Source: a bacterium (GTDB taxonomy: Bacteria; Patescibacteriota; Patescibacteriia; JACQRZ01). Taken from it: a stretch of 64,000 nt of DNA. A program made the translations under genes and the position numbers. Where the stretch lies: NCBI GenBank assembly GCA_023246095.1, contig JAHFJA010000002.1, positions 39,489 through 103,488 on the forward strand, written 5' to 3'. Below, piece after piece: positions 59,697 through 64,000 of this stretch (position 1 is its first letter; each line of letters opens with the position of its first letter). The notes under the pieces were generated by a model. That model worked only from the letters and a program-made list of their open reading frames with translations. It had not been told where the DNA came from and did no database searches.

Positions 59697-60113
59697 TTAT
59701 TTAATGATAGTCGCAGGAACACTAAACGCGTATTGTGCAATGCCCCATGCAGAGAGAATAATAACAAGCCCAATAACTCCCTGTATCAACATTTTTTGTG
59801 CGGATTCAACTTGTTCATCTTTACCTCCTGCGGTCATCCATTTGAAACCTGCAATCAAAATGATAATCACGGCGATAATACCGAGAAACCCAAGAACAAA
59901 ATTAATAACCGATACCACTGTCTCGTAGGGGGCAATAGCTGTCGAATCATGACCTGGCAATGGTGCATTTTTTGAATCGTTTAATCCATATCCAGTCGTT
60001 GGGACAACCGGCGCCGCCGCATTCACCATCGACACAGGCAAAAGTCCAAAACCTACCGTCAATACACTCGCGACAAGGAACGTTCGTACTACGTTTTTGA
60101 GAGTTGTTTTCAT
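59697..60113 (-). CDS. TrbC/VirB2-like pilin paralog 5
   Basis: Motif LIAGFKWMTAGGKDEQVESAQKMLIQGVIGLVIILSAWGI. Confidence 0.7.
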   Translation of the reverse strand: MKTTLKNVVRTFLVASVLTVGFGLLPVSMVNAAAPVVPTTGYGLNDSKNAPLPGHDSTAIAPYETVVSVINFVLGFLGIIAVIIILIAGFKWMTAGGKDEQVESAQKMLIQGVIGLVIILSAWGIAQYAFSVPATIIK

Positions 60114-60214
60114 ACAACGTACAAGGAAATTAAAAATAAATTCTTATTAAGTACTTATAGTATAGCAGACTGTTTTAAGAGCGGAAGTGAATTACTTTTT
60201 ACTACTTCATCTAA

Positions 60215-60991
60215 TCATAGTGGTGCCTGCGTAATGAACTCACGAAATAGTTCAACTTTCCGAACATCACTCGCATCGAACAAAAAAGGTTGTATGTCTC
60301 GTCCTAGTTCTTTAAAATCCAGTCCAGCCGTTGATTCCAACATTCTCGCGCGGAGCCCTTCCGGATCCCCTACCCCAATCTTTGCCTGAAGATACTCATA
60401 GTTCGGTTTGGTAAACGAGGAAAGGAAGACAATGTCATAAAAATCACGACCTTTCGCGCGCTTGCGATTTATCGCCGCAAACATCTTCTGAGAAAGTAAT
60501 ATGTCAGGAGGGGTAACGAAAATCTCCGAAAATACGTCAAACTTGTTAAGAATTTTCTTGTCTGGTTGATAAGAGACGCCATGAGCCAGACTGTCAACTT
60601 GTATGAGAATCTTTTCTTCCTGATATGGTGACAGTTCATTCACAAATAGTATATCAGGCAACCGCACTCGACACCGATAGGCGTCTTTACCAACAGTATC
60701 GATTTCAACGCGCAAACCTTGCCGCTCCAGTTCAACTTGGATGATGTGCGCAAGCTCTTCAAACTCGCCGTCTTCCAGATTGAAATTATCAAAGTCTAAA
60801 TCTTCCGAAAATCGGGTATTCCCATATATAATTCGTAACGCAGTACCACCCAAGAACGCCAGTTTAGCGGCATGCGGGGAAGCAAAAATAATTTCAAGGA
60901 TCTTATACTGAAGGTACTCTCGAAGAATACCCCGTTTGAATGGACGTAACGACTCCGGATATTGTTGTTCGATTTGCTGCAAGGTCAACAT
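60215..60991 (-). CDS. abiEii: AbiEii/AbiGii-family nucleotidyltransferase toxin (DUF1814)
   Basis: Canonical FLGGTALRIIYGNTRFSEDLDFD motif. Confidence 0.85.
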   Translation of the reverse strand: MLTLQQIEQQYPESLRPFKRGILREYLQYKILEIIFASPHAAKLAFLGGTALRIIYGNTRFSEDLDFDNFNLEDGEFEELAHIIQVELERQGLRVEIDTVGKDAYRCRVRLPDILFVNELSPYQEEKILIQVDSLAHGVSYQPDKKILNKFDVFSEIFVTPPDILLSQKMFAAINRKRAKGRDFYDIVFLSSFTKPNYEYLQAKIGVGDPEGLRARMLESTAGLDFKELGRDIQPFLFDASDVRKVELFREFITQAPL

Positions 60992-60992
60992 A

Positions 60993-61613
60993 TCATTTTG
61001 ATTGTTTAATCAACGAGATAAGATCTTCTGTTCTCCTTAGAAACCCCCTACTTGTATACACCATGGCATATTTCCGAAATTTTTTTATGTCGGCTTTTTC
61101 TAAAAACTCTTCACTATTGAACCTCCATTCGTAAAAATCTTCAGGCTTAATAATATTTGGGTGGAGATATACATAATCGAGCACTGCTTTTTCAATCTCC
61201 GCAATTTTGTACGTATATCCATTCTTTGTTTCCAGTCGATACCCAAAAAAATACTCCGCTTTAATTTGTTGGTATGAAAATTCCGTAACCGGTGACTTAA
61301 AACTGGCCGTCTTCTTACTGGACGCCGAGGTAATCGAATATACCCCCTCCGGAATCAAACCATAATACGACAACGCCATTTCAAAAGATACGTACGATGG
61401 CGGGTATAACCGATTTGCAATCAAAAACAATACCTCTTCGCTCAAAGGAAGATCGGCAAACATGTAATAACCACGACGCAGCTTCTTGATATATCCCTTA
61501 TTTTGCCACTCATTAAGCTGATGACGATAAAAAGTTGGATCGATCTTGCGAATATCCACCAAGGAAAAAACAGCAAAGTCTTTCAACTCTCCTTGTAATT
61601 GTTGGTACTTCAT
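60993..61613 (-). CDS. abiEi: AbiEi-family antitoxin (start at MKYQQLQ; ORF extends to 61679)
   Basis: KKLRRGYYMF and PSYVSFEMALSYYGLIP motifs; 1-nt gap to the downstream toxin. Confidence 0.7.
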   Translation of the reverse strand: MKYQQLQGELKDFAVFSLVDIRKIDPTFYRHQLNEWQNKGYIKKLRRGYYMFADLPLSEEVLFLIANRLYPPSYVSFEMALSYYGLIPEGVYSITSASSKKTASFKSPVTEFSYQQIKAEYFFGYRLETKNGYTYKIAEIEKAVLDYVYLHPNIIKPEDFYEWRFNSEEFLEKADIKKFRKYAMVYTSRGFLRRTEDLISLIKQSK

Positions 61614-61711
61614 AGATTTCCGAAACGTACTATATTTAGTACTCTTTGGAATTATAACAACAGAGAAAGAATCGCGCAAACGATATCATGTCTACACATC
61701 GGTGTGTTACT

Positions 61712-62068
61712 TTATTTCCCCAACAAAGCAGTGAGGAGGAATCTGACGATTGCGGCGCTGGCGAAGATGACCGCCATACCGATTGCGGCCCATATCATGG
61801 TATCCATGCCTTTTGTTACTTTTCCTTTATCCCCTGCCGAGGTCATCCAGAGAATACCGCCATAAACAAAGACCACCAGTGCGATTGAGCCGGACAGGCC
61901 GAGAAATGCATTGATAACCAAGCCAATAAATTCCGCGGGGCTATTCACTGCGAGAGGGTTTTCAAGAGTCACGTTACCAGCAGCGGCGTATGCGAAGTGA
62001 GTGGTAAGGAGGGTGATGCCGGCTATCGCTGTTGATAGGGTGACGGTACTATTTTTGGGGAGGGGCAT
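61712..62068 (-). CDS. TrbC/VirB2-like pilin paralog 6 (short, 118 aa)
   Basis: Motif VYGGILWMTSAGDKGKVTKGMDTMIWAAIGMAVIFASAAI. Confidence 0.7.
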   Translation of the reverse strand: MPLPKNSTVTLSTAIAGITLLTTHFAYAAAGNVTLENPLAVNSPAEFIGLVINAFLGLSGSIALVVFVYGGILWMTSAGDKGKVTKGMDTMIWAAIGMAVIFASAAIVRFLLTALLGK

Positions 62069-62086
62069 ATTTCTTGCTAATTCGAT

Positions 62087-63418
62087 TTAATAGATTATTG
62101 CGTTGGGACAGTCTACTTTCCATCTTTCATCCATGCCAATAAATTCTGTGGTTCCACAGGATGTCGCATTAGGACAGTAGAACTTATTATGAATTGTTAC
62201 GTCCAAAAACGCCTTATTTTGACAGTCAGTAGATGAGATAGACTCGCTGGTATGAAATGCAGTCCCTGATCCATTGGTATTATACGATACACAGCATACC
62301 CCATTTGAAATAACTACAGGAGCGCCACATTTCCCTGCGGTACACTGTCCTGTCTTACATTGTGCAGGGTCTGTACATGCTTCATTATCGTTCTTTTTTA
62401 ACTCACAAGTACCATTCGCAGGGTCGTTTGGGTTAGTACAGTACTGAGTCCCCGCACATTGCGCTTGCATTGGTGGAACCTCACATTTTTGACCCGTTAA
62501 TTTTATCGGCAACACACAGCAACACTTGTTTCCTGTAATAAGATATGACGATACAAACACTCGATTCTTGTTTGTCTGATTACTCGCGACCGCGTCACAA
62601 ACAGCGCTTCCAAAACCACAATCACTGTTAGCTATAAAATGATCCGTACTAGTACAAGACTCATCTTTACAATGATAGCAATACGGTGCTGCGCCCACCC
62701 CTGTACTAAACTCAAATTTTCCCGCACCACACATTTGCAATGCTTTGGCCGAGGCCTCGGCGTACGTTACATAACAGCCACCCTGACTTTGCGCTTGAGT
62801 TTGAGCTAGTTGTATCTCCGGCACCACCCCAATCGTTCCAAAGTGTATCGGCGTACAAATATCTGCTTGATATGACCATTTGCTAGTACCATTAAAAATT
62901 CCTCCCAGACGACCTGCAAGTGTCTTGTCGCCCGTTTCTTTTTTAATCAAACTAGTCATAACAAAGTTTACCGCCATCCAGCTGGTAAACACAATCACGA
63001 GCCCAATCGCGGCGTTGACCATCGTCTCTGTCCCTTTTGTCACTTTCCCTTTATCCCCCGCCGAAGTTAAATACTGAAAGCCCCCCAACACCACCATCAA
63101 AAGCGCGACACTGCCGCTTATGCCCAGAATAAACGTTGCGATATTGATAGCAAGCTGAATAAACGCATCCAAGGTATAATTACAACACAACATATCGCAC
63201 ATCGGGATGATCTTGCTTATAAGCTCACCTGATTGCGGTGCACACATTGCCGGTCCCCCTGCACATCCCCCAGGAACAAACGACGCTGTTGATTTACCCG
63301 CCAATGTCGAATCTGCCCACACCAGCGTAGCAGTAGCGCCGATGCTGGCGATAACCATAACGCCAAAAAGAAATGACAGTATGGCGAGGCGGTATTTTTT
63401 TGGATGACGAAGTTTCAT
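62087..63418 (-). CDS. TrbC/VirB2-like pilin module fused to a ~300-aa Cys-rich C-terminal ectodomain
   Basis: Motif LGGFQYLTSAGDKGKVTKGTETMVNAAIGLVIVFTSWMAV, followed by a domain with >35 Cys (CCCVLP, CTAGKCG, CCVSY and others). Confidence 0.65.
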   Translation of the reverse strand: MKLRHPKKYRLAILSFLFGVMVIASIGATATLVWADSTLAGKSTASFVPGGCAGGPAMCAPQSGELISKIIPMCDMLCCNYTLDAFIQLAINIATFILGISGSVALLMVVLGGFQYLTSAGDKGKVTKGTETMVNAAIGLVIVFTSWMAVNFVMTSLIKKETGDKTLAGRLGGIFNGTSKWSYQADICTPIHFGTIGVVPEIQLAQTQAQSQGGCYVTYAEASAKALQMCGAGKFEFSTGVGAAPYCYHCKDESCTSTDHFIANSDCGFGSAVCDAVASNQTNKNRVFVSSYLITGNKCCCVLPIKLTGQKCEVPPMQAQCAGTQYCTNPNDPANGTCELKKNDNEACTDPAQCKTGQCTAGKCGAPVVISNGVCCVSYNTNGSGTAFHTSESISSTDCQNKAFLDVTIHNKFYCPNATSCGTTEFIGMDERWKVDCPNAIIY

Positions 63419-64000
63419 TGCGAGTAGCTTTGAGAGATAGTCTGCTGGGCTCTATAGATGAGACCTGACATAACACTACGCTCGTCTGAGATATCTCCCC
63501 CTTTACTAGTCAACGCCGTGTCGATCATATCCAAAAACGCTTTTTCTGCTGACGACGCATCGAGGCCATGATACCAGTTATCCGCGATGAGAAGTTGCGA
63601 TGCAAACGGCCGTGTCACGTCATTTTTTAACTGTTCATCAATCATCGCGCGGAGCGCAGTCGGTGCTTGAGTTTTTTCCAAATAGGATTTTACATTCTCC
63701 TGTGCTGTGGCAAACATGATAAAATCCCATGCCATGTCTTGATATTTTGATTTATTGGATACTCCCTCTGCCCAGTAATTGGCGTATGTTTTCTTAAGTT
63801 CTGGTTGTTTTTGCGGTAACGGAGCGACTTCAAACTGCAAACCCGGTGCTTTGGTCTTGATTTGGGCTATGTGATACGAATACCCGAACATCATCGCAGC
63901 ACGTTCTTGGGAAAAACTCTCTACACTGTTTGGTTGGTCTTGATTCCATGTATACACATCTGCTTTGGTTACCCACGCAAAATCAGTATAGAAACGCAGT
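63415..64000 (-). CDS. 3' portion of a gene running off the window end; C-terminal region resembles an ABC-transporter extracellular solute-binding protein
   Basis: Reading frame open to the window edge; an AMMFGYSYHIAQIKT-type segment; identification weak. Confidence 0.3.
   Translation of the reverse strand, partial: LRFYTDFAWVTKADVYTWNQDQPNSVESFSQERAAMMFGYSYHIAQIKTKAPGLQFEVAPLPQKQPELKKTYANYWAEGVSNKSKYQDMAWDFIMFATAQENVKSYLEKTQAPTALRAMIDEQLKNDVTRPFASQLLIADNWYHGLDASSAEKAFLDMIDTALTSKGGDISDERSVMSGLIYRAQQTISQSYSQ

Noticed and set aside
59443-59928. 161-aa plus-strand ORF
   Set aside because: Antisense across two pilin paralogs; spurious.
57812-63418. Interpretation of the small-protein array as type IV (PilA-like) pilins
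   Set aside because: None has the class III prepilin signal (G/FTLIE followed by a hydrophobic helix). The conserved element is a C-terminal two-helix WMT-GDK-KV-KA module typical of VirB2/TrbC-like pilins.
63415-64000. Possible full-length solute-binding protein call
   Set aside because: Only the C-terminal ~195 codons are inside the window, and the family assignment rests on weak resemblance. Reported as a low-confidence partial CDS only.

Overview
The gene content of this 64-kb window points to a small-genome, Gram-positive-like bacterium that I infer belongs to the Candidate Phyla Radiation (Patescibacteria). Long ORFs read cleanly in the standard code, so genetic code 11 is assumed. The conserved housekeeping backbone is infB-rbfA-clpP, rny-ymdB, hup, a FKBP isomerase, tRNA-Lys/tRNA-Arg, pilT, a SpoIID/LytB-domain protein, a MOP-type flippase, rpsF-ssb-rpsR-efp, recA, ftsK, rpoC-rpoB, and a ruvA-ileS operon that also carries a FemAB-like gene, a DnaQ-like exonuclease and an atypical MurE-like ligase. 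Accessory content is concentrated at the two ends. At 34-8593 there are four ORFs of unknown function (1358, 891 and 372 aa, plus a 130-aa acidic repeat protein). From about 51.2 to 63.4 kb there is an island holding a HepT/MntA toxin-antitoxin pair, a 9-aa-repeat protein, a giant Gly-rich beta-helix-like secreted protein, two paralogous AbiEi/AbiEii modules, and seven tandem TrbC/VirB2-like (T4SS-type) pilin paralogs. The last pilin is fused to a large Cys-rich ectodomain. A further pilin-like domain is fused to a lytic transglycosylase at 16.6-17.7 kb, next to the tRNAs and pilT. No rRNA, CRISPR array or recognisable transposase was seen. Several rho-independent terminators and a few sigma70-like promoters are visible. 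All functional calls come from motif recognition by eye, without database searches.
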